Source: a virus
DNA: 64,000 bases
Strand: one strand, 5' to 3'
Virus record (IMG/VR): IMGVR_UViG_3300045988_050969
Shown: one piece after another, positions 36,209 through 46,751 of the stretch
Position numbering within the stretch: position 1 is the stretch's first letter
Layout: the number at the start of each line of letters is the position of its first letter
The notes under the pieces: model-generated
What the model was told of the DNA's origin: nothing
Databases searched by the model: none
The model's input: only the letters and a program-made list of their open reading frames with translations
Made by a program: the position numbers and the translations under genes

Positions 36209-36226
36209 AATTATATATAATTAGAT

Positions 36227-36436
36227 TTATTTTTTTCTTCCTTTATGTTTCCATTTTTTCGCATTCTAAGCGAAGATAGCTCGCTTACGAGTCAATGGAT
36301 TCTTACTATGAGTAAGTTCTTCTGTACTTTTACCTGTTCTCTTCTTCAAAGCATTAAACTTACCTCTATTCTTCTTCTTTATATGTATCCCTCCATCTTT
36401 ATAACTTGGTATTGGATACTGCGGTATTATTGTCAT
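36227..36436 (-). CDS. small basic protein (69 aa), one in-frame TAG
   Basis: ATG 36436, TAA 36227..36229, 210 nt. Sequence ...GGIHIKKKNRGKF...RKRAIFA[TAG]NAKKWKHKGRKK. Confidence 0.45.
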
Positions 36437-36523
36437 AACTGTTAAACAATCTCTTGATTCTTGTTTTTATTTACCTTATTTACTAAAGGTCTAGTTAGAA
36501 AATCTTTATATAATACACTTGGT

Positions 36524-37537
36524 TTAGGGAGCTGATTCTATAACCTATCTAAACTATTTAGTATTAGTAGGATAAGTACTAGGAGTTAATGTATTCATCA
36601 AGTACTCATCAAACTAATTCATAATACTTTTCTTTTCTGTAGGCTTACGCAAATATTCATATACACTTTTAGCTCTGTCTTTATCTGGAAACATATGCTC
36701 CACTTCAGAGAATGGTCTGTACTTACTTGGTTTACCTAACTATCTTAAGTATGCATTATTTGGTACTCCTCCGGGATAAGCTTTCTCATCTACATAATGA
36801 CCTATTTCATGTCTTATTAATCCTTTAGGATAGTCTTCTGCAGTTCTAATATTATCTGTAGACAGATTTATAGTTTTACCTTCAGATGGATTAATGTTAG
36901 CATAATCTTTTTTATTTGATACAAAATTAGGTTCAGGCAAGTTAACATAACTATTTATATCTTCATATTCTTTAGTTAAGTCATCGTATACTTTATTATA
37001 TTCAGTACCGTACTTTCTATCAATAGTCTATGCCCTTCTTCTAGCTTCTGGAGTATTTAATAATTCATATGCTCTATTACGCTGATCAGAATATTCTTCT
37101 AATACTCGTCTTCTATTGTTGTTTTCTAAATCTCTTCTAAGATCATTAGCATCAACCTATCTTTGAAAACTTCTAGTAACAGTAGGAATCTCCCTTGAAA
37201 TTTTGCTTTTAAGAGATTTATATATATTAGGTATAAAAGGAATCATAGCTGAAGCAGCCAAACCAGCACCTAACCAATCTCTATTCTTTACTGCATTATA
37301 AGTATCTCTAGCTGATATAGCATCACCAATAGGAGTCATATTAGCAGCATCTTCAAGACTAAATACAGGCTTTAAACCTTCTTCTAAAGGTCTACCACTA
37401 CTACTTCTACCTGTAGCTTGATAAAATCTCTCCTTCTCAGGATCACCTGTCTGACCACCATCTGCAAATGCTTCTACCTTCCAATCCCAATAGCCTTTAC
37501 CGGGATTATTCTCCCGGTAAGACTTTAGGTTCTGCAT
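36524..37537 (-). CDS. HExxH-motif protein (337 aa), TAG-recoded
   Basis: ATG 37537, TAA 36524..36526, 1014 nt. Fragments 37157.. and 36740.. are in phase. Contains the motif GLIRHEIGHYVD. Confidence 0.55.
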
Positions 37538-37556
37538 TCTCTATTTAAATGCTTGT

Positions 37557-37814
37557 TTATCCATATATAAAATCTGTAAAATTTCTTTTACCTAAGAATT
37601 GTTGTCCATTCATGTAAATCTCAGCTTCTTGAGAAGATTCAGATATGCAAATAGTAATTATATCTTTTTTAAATATTCTAGTATCCAAAGGAGTACCTAT
37701 AAAGAACATTATATACTATTGTACTTCATCTTCATCCTACTCTACGAATCCGTTATCTAATAGTCTCTATATAAACAATTCAATTCTTTCTTTAACAGTA
37801 GGTTCTCGTTCCAT
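37557..37814 (-). CDS. small hypothetical protein (85 aa), three in-frame TAGs
   Basis: ATG 37814, TAA 37557..37559, 258 nt. Confidence 0.4.
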
Positions 37815-37894
37815 AACTATTATTTCTTTCCGCCTTTACCCTTCTTAGAGCTACCGGATTTCTTACCTCCACATGCCATAATTAATTCCTCCTA

Positions 37895-38359
37895 TTATTT
37901 AATTGTTTTAAGATATTGTCTCCAATTTTTCTTATTAGCCTTATAAGTCTTCTTTCTATCCTTAATCTTATATTTATCAAGATCTTCAGGCTTACGTGTT
38001 TTCAGATAATCAAAGTTATCATCATTAGCATAAGCTTCCATTTCATAAGGAATAGTATAGTAAGCACTAGATGCAGGATAGATAATCGGATTACCTTTAA
38101 TCCATTCCCATGCATAAGACCAATAATAACTTATCCATCTCTTTTTATCTTTAGCTTCATAGAGATGAATATTTTCATGATTCCAAGTAGTAGGCTTAAT
38201 CTGAGATTCAGGTTTTCTACTTAACAAGTAACCACACCAGCTCATTGCAGAATAACCACTAAATGGATAATGGTCCATATGCTTATACTCTACTTTGTCT
38301 GCTTCTACTTTAGTGAATAACTATTTGATTATCCACCACGTTTCTTTAAACCAATTCAT
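37895..38359 (-). CDS. HExxH-motif protein (154 aa), one in-frame TAG
   Basis: ATG 38359, 465 nt, ends TAA. Contains the motif WNHENIHLYE. Confidence 0.55.
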
Positions 38360-38361
38360 AA

Positions 38362-40872
38362 TTATTTCTCTCCTGTTACTTTATTCTTAATCGCAGTTTT
38401 GGCTTTTAATCTTTCTCTTTCCATTGCTGCCTTGTCTTTAGCTGCTTGCAACTTCATTTCATGATCCATTCTTTCTCTTTCAAGCTAATTCTTCTTATCT
38501 TCTATCTCTTTTTTCATTTTCTGCTCTCTAATCTTAGCATTGAATTCAAATTGTTTAGAAGCTTCATCAGATGCTTGCTTACGTTCAGCTAAAGCTTGCT
38601 GGGCTATTTCCATGACATCAGGTACACCATTCTCATTCTAATCCATATTTTCAGCACCTCTATAAGCATTAAGTTGAGCTACAGTAATCTTAGTAGCATT
38701 ATCTTGGTCTATTTTATATTTCTCAAGATCCATCTCTGCCTCTTTAATCATAAGCTCTTCTTCCTTAACCTCATTTTGCATTTGAATAGCTTGCTGTTCA
38801 CGTTCTGCTTGAGCTTGCTCCATAGCTTGTTGTTGCTCCATACGTTTCTACTCAATCTCCTCTAATCTAGACTTAATCATACTAATATTATCCATAGTAA
38901 TGATTTCGGCTATATCGAGTAAGCTAGCTCCATTCTGCATAGCAGGTTGCATAAGTTGTTTAAGAGCTTCTACTTGTTGTTGATTCTTAGTAGTATCATC
39001 AATGAATATATCCATGTCTTCATAGAAGAACTCATCAGAAAGAGTTATAAATGCTCTAGTAGCATCATCAAGGATATAATGTAAGCATCTTTTATTATCT
39101 TTCCATGCTACTTTAGAAGTATCTAATAACATAGTAAGAGCTTCTTTCTTTACTTGATTATGAACCCAGAACCAAGGTTCAGTAATATGAGCTGACTATA
39201 CTATAGATCTCTCTACATTACCTACTAATTCATTAGATGCAACAGAACCTTCACGCTATTTACTTACTCCTGATATTTCTGATACCATAGCTTCAATCTT
39301 ATCCATAAGATTAATATACTAATCAATAGTATTAGCCATAGTAAGATCCAATGAAGTAAATTGATTGAACTGAGATGGCTTACCACCTTCTCTACCGGGT
39401 ATATCCCATCCTTCTTCGTATGGATTAATAAATACTACACCAAGAGCACCTAAGTAATGCATCCATTTATTCACATCTATGCCCATAGATTTAGGTATCT
39501 AAGTAACGTCAATAACAGGTACTTTACCTTTATCTCTAGCCATAGCGAGTTCTAGTCTGTACCATAGTACAATATACATATACTGCAATGGTTTCATCAT
39601 ACTTACCAAAGATCTAGGAGCACTATTAGTATTATTGTATACAACTCCTGTATAAGGTAATTTTTGAGAATTAAGATTATCAGCAGATATGTGTTGGTAT
39701 TCTAGTGGTTGTATACCTATATATAAGTCTTCTCCAACTCTATAACCTTCCCATACCTCTATAATCCAAGTCCATTCAACGTTCAACTCCATACCAGTAA
39801 CCTTGTAGGACTCGTCTACTTGTAACTCATCAATTTCTCCAGTATTAGGATCTTGATAAGTAACGAAACCTATTTTCTTAAATGACTTCCAACAGCAATG
39901 CCAAACATTAATGTTATCAGACCCTTCAAACGGATTTGAAGTTAACCCATTAATAGTTCTTGTTTTTAAGTGAGGATAATCCATAGATGTCTTACGTACT
40001 TCAGGATTAATGCCTCCCCTGCTTACATCATCTACCATTTCAAGCAATTCATTTAATTGCTTTTCTGTCATTTTATCATAGAATCTATCATAAATTTCTG
40101 TAGCTGACATAATCATCTTACGGCAACACCAATCAGAGTCATGAATGAATTCTAAGTCTGCGCTCTAGTCATAACTAAAGTAAAGAGGATTAACTCGTTC
40201 TAAATAAGGATTACCATTTATAATACCAATATAGTATATTTCTTCTCCAGCTATCAACGCGTCCTTCCAACCTTTATAAAACTCATGAACTACATTAAGT
40301 TTATTCTTAAGATAATTAAGGCTATGATATGCTGTTACTTCTGCTATATCCTTATAATCCTTACTTAGATATTTCTATATCTTTTCTGGAGGTAATATTT
40401 CACCATTCTGTAATGCTTGTTGATATCTCTAAGCCTCTTCAGGGCCTAACTGACTCATAATAGTAGCCATTACATAATCTTCAAGCATTTGTTTAGCAGT
40501 ATCCTGTACTTCACTAGTAGCTATATCACTAGTACGTACTACTCTAAAATTAAATGGTCTTTTTGTTTCTTCACCTAATAATAAGTCTATTTTAGGCTTA
40601 ATTATATTATAATCCTATGCTGTGGCAGGGAATCCATCTTTCTATTTAAAAGGATTTGTAACATACAAAAGATCTTTCTCATTATAGATACTATTGTATA
40701 AATCATAGTAAGTCTACATCTCCTCATATCTAGTACGCCCATTTCTACCGCCTCCACTATTAAAGCCTGACTTACCTATTATATAGTCAACACAGGCTTC
40801 TTTCCAATCTTTAGTCTTTTTAGACATAGGAAGTTTTTGCACAGGAAATGAACCAATATTTCTACTTATCAT
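38362..40872 (-). CDS. portal protein (836 aa) with a C-terminal coiled-coil extension, TAG-recoded
   Basis: ATG 40872, TAA 38362..38364, 2511 nt = 837 codons. Fragments 39499.., 38848.. and 38638.. are all in phase. Lies directly after TerL. More than 10 in-frame TAGs. Confidence 0.75.
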
Positions 40873-40878
40873 ATTCTG

Positions 40879-42924
40879 TTAATTAAATGTATATACATCG
40901 TCATCGACTTGACTGAAGCTATCGTCATAACTCCAGTTACCATAAGTAAAGAGAGGACCGTCGAATAATAATCTCTCTCTGTTAGTTTTTTTCTTCTCTT
41001 TTACAACTACATTATATAGCTGTTCACGATAAATCATTACCTGCATCAACGCCATCACACGGTCAAAGTTACCTATATCATTATAACCTATAAGCTCTTC
41101 TAATAGCGGTTCTGATAATATATCGTGTAGGTTTTTATGCCCTGGAGATTTCTCATCATTTAACCAATCTTTGATGAGTCCTTCACCCCATTGTTTAATC
41201 TGTTTATTCATGTGACAACCTTTCTTTCGTTGCACCTTAGAATTGCTGATGATATCAGATATAATATCTGGCTAATCAGCCAAAAGATAGTCACAATGCT
41301 TAGCAGTAAAGTATGGAAACAAACCTTTACGCTCATTTTCATACATAATTCTGCCATTATAATAAACTGCGAGTTTACGTAAGTTTTCATAATATTCCTC
41401 TGCTGTAGCAGGCCTTCCTGTATACTCAGCTACTATTATATCATAGTAGTTTTCAAAGTTCTAAAATCTCTTATATACAAAAGTAGATCCTAATGAGTTA
41501 GTACCCGATTGATCATGATCATAAGGGTCTACTCCAAGTATATATAAACCGATAGGAGCATCCTTTACAGGGTGTTCCCATATAACTATAGAACCAGTAG
41601 GATCATCCTCTTTAGATAAAGGATAATGAGTAATATCACCTTGTTTTTTTATTACCCATTTAAGACTACCATCTGATTCCCATACTAAATCACCTATCTA
41701 TTTGTGATTTGATAATTTCTTATTCGTACGTATTTTAGCTAGTTGTTCTTGTAATTCTTTTTTAGGGAATATATTACCATTAAATTCTAGACATGCTTCA
41801 GCTGGAGTAATACAACGTTCCGCTACATAACGGTCTACTGCTACAGAACTAGTAGCATTCTCTATTACGTCTTTACGCTGTTGTAATACGTATTCTAAAG
41901 CTTTATGTCTTATAGTATTACCGTCATTATCCATATACATACGATTTCCCTACTCATCTCGTATGTCCATGTTTGTATACTAAGGTATGAAGAATCCACA
42001 TTTAGTATCTCCTACATTCTCATCCCATATGTTATCAAGCTCTAAACAATTATAACCTTTAGGCTTATAAAACATATCTTTAAGAGTAAAGAAGTTAGAA
42101 TCTTCATCACCACCAGTACCAAATGCAATCATAGTAGCAAATGCTCTACCATCATTCTCTACAGAAGGTCTAGCGATTTGCCATGCTGCGCCTAATTCTT
42201 TAAATGAACCAGCTTCTTCAAATAGAATAAGGTTAGCTTTCTTACCACGTACTACATCAGGATTGTCTTTCAAAGTAACCCCAATAATTTCAGATTTATA
42301 ACCTACTTCTATTTGATTACCATACTCATCCTTCATACTTACTGCAGCGCGTTTACGTAATTGAGTATTTACAGCTCTTTTCTTACCCCACGCAGTATGT
42401 TCATCTATAAAGTCTAAGTAGTCCCAAGCTTTAGTAAGAATACCATCATCTGTTAAATATTGCTTATTTGAAGCATATACATATGATTTAGAGTTAGGTA
42501 TAAGATAGTAATTACGACATAACATAGCAGCTCCTTTATAGGAGTAACCTTTACGTCTAGACTTAAGTACACATAAATGTTTACCCTATTTATGAGCTTC
42601 ATTTACTGCATTAAAATAGTAATAATCATAGTCCCAAAAATCAGGAAATGTAACCAACTACTCTGATACTACTTCCCCATTTACTATACTATTGACAGTA
42701 CGGTTAATAGGACAATAATTTAAATAAAAATAGTTATACCCACTAATGAAATCACCATCATCAGCTGTATAACCATTAATACAACGTTCCTTTTCCTCTG
42801 TCCAGAAACGCATATATTCTGCCGTACCTTTGGGGTGTGGACAGTATTGACCTGTTCTAATATATGTAAGAGCAGGCTATCTAAACTTATTACTATTTAC
42901 TATCTTCTTATTAAAGTCGACCAT
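40879..42924 (-). CDS. terL: terminase large subunit (681 aa), TAG-recoded
   Basis: ATG 42924, TAA 40879..40881, 2046 nt = 682 codons. Fragments 41980.., 41698.. and 40879.. are in phase. ATPase Walker-B-like LILFEEAGSF, followed by a nuclease-like C-terminal half. About 8 in-frame TAGs. Confidence 0.85.
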
Positions 42925-43129
42925 TTCTCTTCTTTGTTCTAGTGAGACTGATTAAAGCTTCTTTTATAGTCTTTTCTGTAATCTTACTGTACACAGTACT
43001 GTTGGCGATATCGAATTGACAAATAATACCATTACCGGCAGCCTTCCATATCTCCGGAGTAATTTGGTATCCATCAAGCTCATCCTGCATAGCAAGGAAA
43101 GTTACATTCTTACCTCTAAGTTTATCCAT
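42911..43129 (-). CDS. small protein upstream of TerL (72 aa)
   Basis: Intact ORF. Overlaps the TerL start by 14 nt. First gene of the late block. Confidence 0.5.
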   Translation of the reverse strand: MDKLRGKNVTFLAMQDELDGYQITPEIWKAAGNGIICQFDIANSTVYSKITEKTIKEALISLTRTKKRNGRL

Positions 43130-43150
43130 GTTCGTGCGTTTTATAATTGA

Positions 43151-43178
43151 AAGGGGCGCGTTTCACAACGAACCCCTT
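43151..43178 (-). terminator. terminator-like or attenuator-like hairpin just upstream of the late block
   Basis: AAGGGG-N16-CCCCTT. On the minus strand it is followed by TTTCAATTATAAAA and ends about 20 nt before the ATG at 43129. Confidence 0.4.
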
Positions 43179-43407
43179 CTATTGAGATAATAATTTATAA
43201 CTTAAAATTCTTTAATTATGAAAAATATATGTTGGGGAGATTTCCAGTGACTGCAACCTAGTTTCTTAAGCTAGGGATTTATACGCCTTATGTTTAGTAC
43301 TCCCCACCTGGGCTAACGTTTACCCCAGACTACCTGTTCGTGATAACTACCTATCCAACAAGTTTCCTTCTGCTATTGTAATTTCAAAGGACTAGTGTTT
43401 TAATTTG

Positions 43408-43479
43408 TCCTCCTACCATAGAATCGAACTCGGACTTACGGGGCTAGAATCCGTCGTGCTGCCACTACACCATAGGAGA
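43408..43479 (-). tRNA. suppressor tRNA, anticodon CUA (decodes UAG)
   Basis: Minus strand: TCTCCTA-TG-GTGT-AGTGGCA-GCAC-G-ACGGA-[TT CTA GC]-CCCGT-AAGT(C)-..G-TTCGATT-C..-TAGGAGG-A. Anticodon loop is U33-CUA-G37, and the D-loop GG and T-loop TTCGA are present. The T-stem is weak and the acceptor/T register is ambiguous. Confidence 0.75.
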
Positions 43480-43547
43480 GGGTTGCGTGGATATTCTTAC
43501 CCTCCACGTAAGGGTCCCTTCAGGGTTAAATTAATGATATCTTAAAA

Positions 43548-43700
43548 TTAAAACCAGCTCTTGATACGCTTAGCTATTCTTTTATACCAAGGTTTTACTT
43601 GCAATCTAGCTGCTTCACATTCAGCAATTGCTTCCTCAACAGTCTTGGTATCATCAGTCAAATCTACGATAATTGTAGGCATTTTTGTATTTTTATCCAT
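43548..43700 (-). CDS. small hypothetical protein (50 aa)
   Basis: ATG 43700, TAA 43548..43550, 153 nt. Below the ORF-track size cutoff. Confidence 0.3.
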   Translation of the reverse strand: MDKNTKMPTIIVDLTDDTKTVEEAIAECEAARLQVKPWYKRIAKRIKSWF

Positions 43701-43755
43701 AATCTCAATTTTGTATTATTAAACGTTGTTGTTATTTTTTAGTGTTTATCAAATG

Positions 43756-44301
43756 TTATACTCTAACATTTTGATTAGGAAGTTCAAATAAATTAATCTT
43801 AGCGTCACCTTTTACTTTGCTAGTTTCAAGCTCACCAGATTTAACAGCTTTCTCTAAGTAATCTAGAGTAACAAATGTATCTTTTACTTTAGCAAACCCT
43901 GCATAATACTTCTCTATTTTTTTTTCATCAAGTTCTTCCAATAAAGAATCTTTATAGTATTTATTGAAAGTATCCAGCTTTAATCTGATGCTATCTAGCA
44001 TATCTAAAGTACGAGTATGTTGTAATCTAATAAAGCTATCTTCTGCTTTCTGCTCATCCTCAGAAAGCTCATAATCTGTGCTTCCTAAGAATTCTTCTTT
44101 TAGTTTACTTTCTATTTGATCGTATGGAATACTCAGTACATAAGGACTATCCCATTTATTCTTAAATACTATATAACTAAGTATTGCAGTAGCATGTTGT
44201 TTATCAGCTTTATCTGATTCCCATATTTTCTTAAAAGCAGGTATAGCTAAAGCATTTTCATGTATTACTACTTTTCCTCCTATTATATCAAATAGTTTCA
44301 T
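43756..44301 (-). CDS. hypothetical protein (181 aa)
   Basis: Intact ORF ending in TAA. Confidence 0.65.
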   Translation of the reverse strand: MKLFDIIGGKVVIHENALAIPAFKKIWESDKADKQHATAILSYIVFKNKWDSPYVLSIPYDQIESKLKEEFLGSTDYELSEDEQKAEDSFIRLQHTRTLDMLDSIRLKLDTFNKYYKDSLLEELDEKKIEKYYAGFAKVKDTFVTLDYLEKAVKSGELETSKVKGDAKINLFELPNQNVRV

Positions 44302-44313
44302 AATTATTATGTA

Positions 44314-44658
44314 TTAGTTATTTGATACGTTTGAGGCACATTCACATTTAGAGAATGTACTACTTATTTTCTGTTTTTCATCTTGCATCTTTGCAATATG
44401 CTCTTTAATAGCTTTATCACTAATTACAGCATAAACGAAAGTTTTATCATCAAGTTTATATGTTTTTGCTATCAAATCACCTTTAGACACTTTTACATTT
44501 TCAGTAGTTCCATCTTTTTTTGTGATACTGTATTCCCCATCTTCAGGAACAATCCATATATAATCGAAATAGAAACTATCTAAAACAGTTACCTCATTTG
44601 TATCCGGATTATAACCTGCCATGCAACTACTATTATTGCTATTTACGTATTTATTCAT
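44314..44658 (-). CDS. hypothetical protein (114 aa)
   Basis: Intact ORF. First ATG at 44658 (the track start at 44664 is TTG). Confidence 0.6.
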   Translation of the reverse strand: MNKYVNSNNSSCMAGYNPDTNEVTVLDSFYFDYIWIVPEDGEYSITKKDGTTENVKVSKGDLIAKTYKLDDKTFVYAVISDKAIKEHIAKMQDEKQKISSTFSKCECASNVSNN

Positions 44659-44757
44659 AATCAATCTATTCTATAATCAGTATAATATTCTTTTTGTAAT
44701 CTTGCTAATATTACTCTAGCTTGTTTCTCTGAACAATTAGGATTTGTGTATTCGGGA

Positions 44758-45501
44758 TTATTCTGATACTTGTTTATCACTGTCTGATAATACGCTATCT
44801 CCTGTTCTAGACTTTCCTTTGTTATATTCATAAATAGTTTCTTCTACTAAGTCTTTTAATCTATCTTTATAGGAACACAGTTTTGCTATAACCTCTTCAT
44901 TAGAACCATATAAATTACGATCTGTAAATATTCCTTTAACTACATTTTTGTTATTATCTTCTATAATGGCTCCAGTTTCATCTTCGCTTAACCAATAATT
45001 AAAGTTTGTTCTTTTAGCCAGCTCTTTAGATAGTTCTATAATCGAACGATGTATTTCTTTCTTTAAATCACTGATAGTGTCAAATTCAGCTCTTCTATCT
45101 AACTCTTCTTTGGAAGAAAGTTGTATCTTATCGAGTATGTCATTACAACTGTTTATTTTTTCTTCAATACGTTCATCTAGAGCTTTAGATAAATCTTCAA
45201 TAGTTGCTTTTCTAATAGTGTGTTTACTTATCCACAGCATTGCTATTGCATTCCAAGCTACTTGAGCTAAGTGATGACAACCAGTATCTTTGTCAATAGT
45301 ATTACCTTTTTCATACTCAAGTAAGTGCCTTAGCATGGCAGCTTTATAACGTTGATAACCATTCTCTAAGTTCTGCCAATTATTATCGCCATACTTAATA
45401 GAACCAGCTGTGTATACTTTTACGATGTCTTCAATTTCTTCTAAAGGTAATAAATCCCATCTTAATTTCTTGTCTAAGAAATCATTCTTCTTTCCTTCCA
45501 T
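44758..45501 (-). CDS. protein with a dATP/dGTP-diphosphohydrolase-like (DUF5664-type) N-terminal domain
   Basis: KLRWDLLPLEEIEDIVKVYTAGSIKYGDNNWQN...YKAAMLRHLLEY...GCHHLAQVAWNAIAML matches the pattern of that family as I remember it. Confidence 0.55.
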   Translation of the reverse strand: MEGKKNDFLDKKLRWDLLPLEEIEDIVKVYTAGSIKYGDNNWQNLENGYQRYKAAMLRHLLEYEKGNTIDKDTGCHHLAQVAWNAIAMLWISKHTIRKATIEDLSKALDERIEEKINSCNDILDKIQLSSKEELDRRAEFDTISDLKKEIHRSIIELSKELAKRTNFNYWLSEDETGAIIEDNNKNVVKGIFTDRNLYGSNEEVIAKLCSYKDRLKDLVEETIYEYNKGKSRTGDSVLSDSDKQVSE

Positions 45502-45922
45502 TTTCTTTATCTCTTAAATAATCTATCATAAATTGACCTACTTTGCCTGCTATCCAACCTAGTAAATAAGCATAAGGTTCATTACCTTGATCGTATCCTT
45601 GTCCTACTCCTCCTATTATATCCCATATTACATCGGTAGCATGCGTAGATTCATGAGCAGCTACTTCTATAGCTGTACCATCTAATTTATCTGGAGCTTC
45701 TATAAGAATAAGCACTCCTTTGTCTCCAGTTCTCTTATCTCTTACTATAAATGTAACTCCATCTGCACTGACTGGACTAATAGGGGAGCCGTTATTCTCA
45801 TTATTCAATAAATCTTTAATAGTAGGATAGAACAAGAACTTTTTCTTCATATCTTCAAAACAATCTATAGTAGAAATATAGAGATCTACGGGATATATAT
45901 CAAGACAGTATTTCCTAATCAT
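45482..45922 (-). CDS. HExxH-motif protein (146 aa)
   Basis: Intact ORF. Contains the motif EVAAHESTHATD. Confidence 0.55.
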   Translation of the reverse strand: MIRKYCLDIYPVDLYISTIDCFEDMKKKFLFYPTIKDLLNNENNGSPISPVSADGVTFIVRDKRTGDKGVLILIEAPDKLDGTAIEVAAHESTHATDVIWDIIGGVGQGYDQGNEPYAYLLGWIAGKVGQFMIDYLRDKENGRKEE

Positions 45923-46175
45923 CTTTTATTATTTTATATATATTAGCAATTGCTCTATTACTAAGTAAGTACACATACAAAAATACTTCATCTGACAATC
46001 TATAAGTTGAATCAGGGGTAATGATTTCATTACTACTTTCTTTAATTTGTATTGTGCATTCATCTTTCTGACCTGTTGGATAAGACATTTTGTAATATAT
46101 CATGAGCTCTACTAATTCTGTTAGAATGTCATTTTGTGGTATCTTTGTTATCCGTATCTTCTTTCTTTCGCTCAT
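45900..46175 (-). CDS. small protein (86 aa to the TAG at 45915; 91 aa to the TGA at 45900)
   Basis: The ORF ends at a TAG, and an in-frame TGA follows 5 codons later. Confidence 0.5.
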
Positions 46176-46321
46176 ATACCTTCTTAATTTTGATTTTACC
46201 TAAGTAAGTGAATAGCATTGGTCTTTCATCACCTTCTGTTATTCTTCTATTAGCGAACATAAAAGGATGATTACATATAACCTTTATTACCTAACTAGGA
46301 AGTTGATATTTATTACTTAGT

Positions 46322-46750
46322 TCAGAATATATACTCATTCCAGTTTTTTTCATTTGATAACCATCTAGTATTATAATATTTATTATTTAAGAAAGCCTGT
46401 AAATCATTAGTATTATCTGAAAATGTGTTAGTTCTAATAACATTAATTGCTGCAAATAAATCTTCAATCTTTATACCTTCTTCTGAACTTGTAGCAATAT
46501 CACCTTTAAATTCTAGAATCTTCTCTAATGTATTAATCTCTTTCTTACTATAGTTCTTTTTAGGTTCAGCAATAATAACGTCTGTATTTTTACTATATGC
46601 GTTTACTAAATCACACGAATCTTTAAAGATAACAAAATGATTATAAGGTAATACTTTCTTGCTTAGCTTAGCCCAAAATCTTTTAAACCAATTATACTTT
46701 TTACATAATAAAACACAACCTGGTTTAAGTGTTACATATTGTATATTCAT
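46322..46750 (-). CDS. hypothetical protein (142 aa)
   Basis: Intact ORF ending in TGA. Confidence 0.6.
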   Translation of the reverse strand: MNIQYVTLKPGCVLLCKKYNWFKRFWAKLSKKVLPYNHFVIFKDSCDLVNAYSKNTDVIIAEPKKNYSKKEINTLEKILEFKGDIATSSEEGIKIEDLFAAINVIRTNTFSDNTNDLQAFLNNKYYNTRWLSNEKNWNEYIF

Positions 46751-46751
46751 A

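Noticed and set aside
29740-37500. A shared heptapeptide, NPGKGYW, in the 324-aa protein (29481..30455) and the HExxH protein (36524..37537).
   Set aside because: The match does not extend beyond 7 residues at the protein level and is not identical at the nucleotide level. It is insufficient to claim a shared domain.
37820-37879. A 19-aa ORF, MACGGKKSGSSKKGKGGKK, between two late genes.
   Set aside because: It is too short to support from sequence alone. It could be a real basic peptide or lipopeptide, but it has no distinguishing signal.
4265-38865. Plus-strand ORFs of 60-115 aa inside the late module (for example 4265..4567, 6398..6598, 9734..10051, 10326..10556, 13652..13891, 14463..15041, 15943..16284, 17230..17475, 21406..21687, 23224..23454, 27410..28571, 35316..35564, 35876..36061, 37916..38224 and 38596..38865).
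   Set aside because: All lie antisense to long, well-supported minus-strand genes. Their composition is low-complexity and rich in Ile, Leu, Ser and Phe, as expected for shadow frames of AT-rich coding sequence. They lack start contexts.
13234-43261. A shared 11-mer, gactgcaacct, next to the DGR TR (about 13234) and near the suppressor tRNA leader (about 43250).
   Set aside because: Hundreds of 11-mer coincidences are expected by chance in a 64-kb window, and there is no extended similarity around it.
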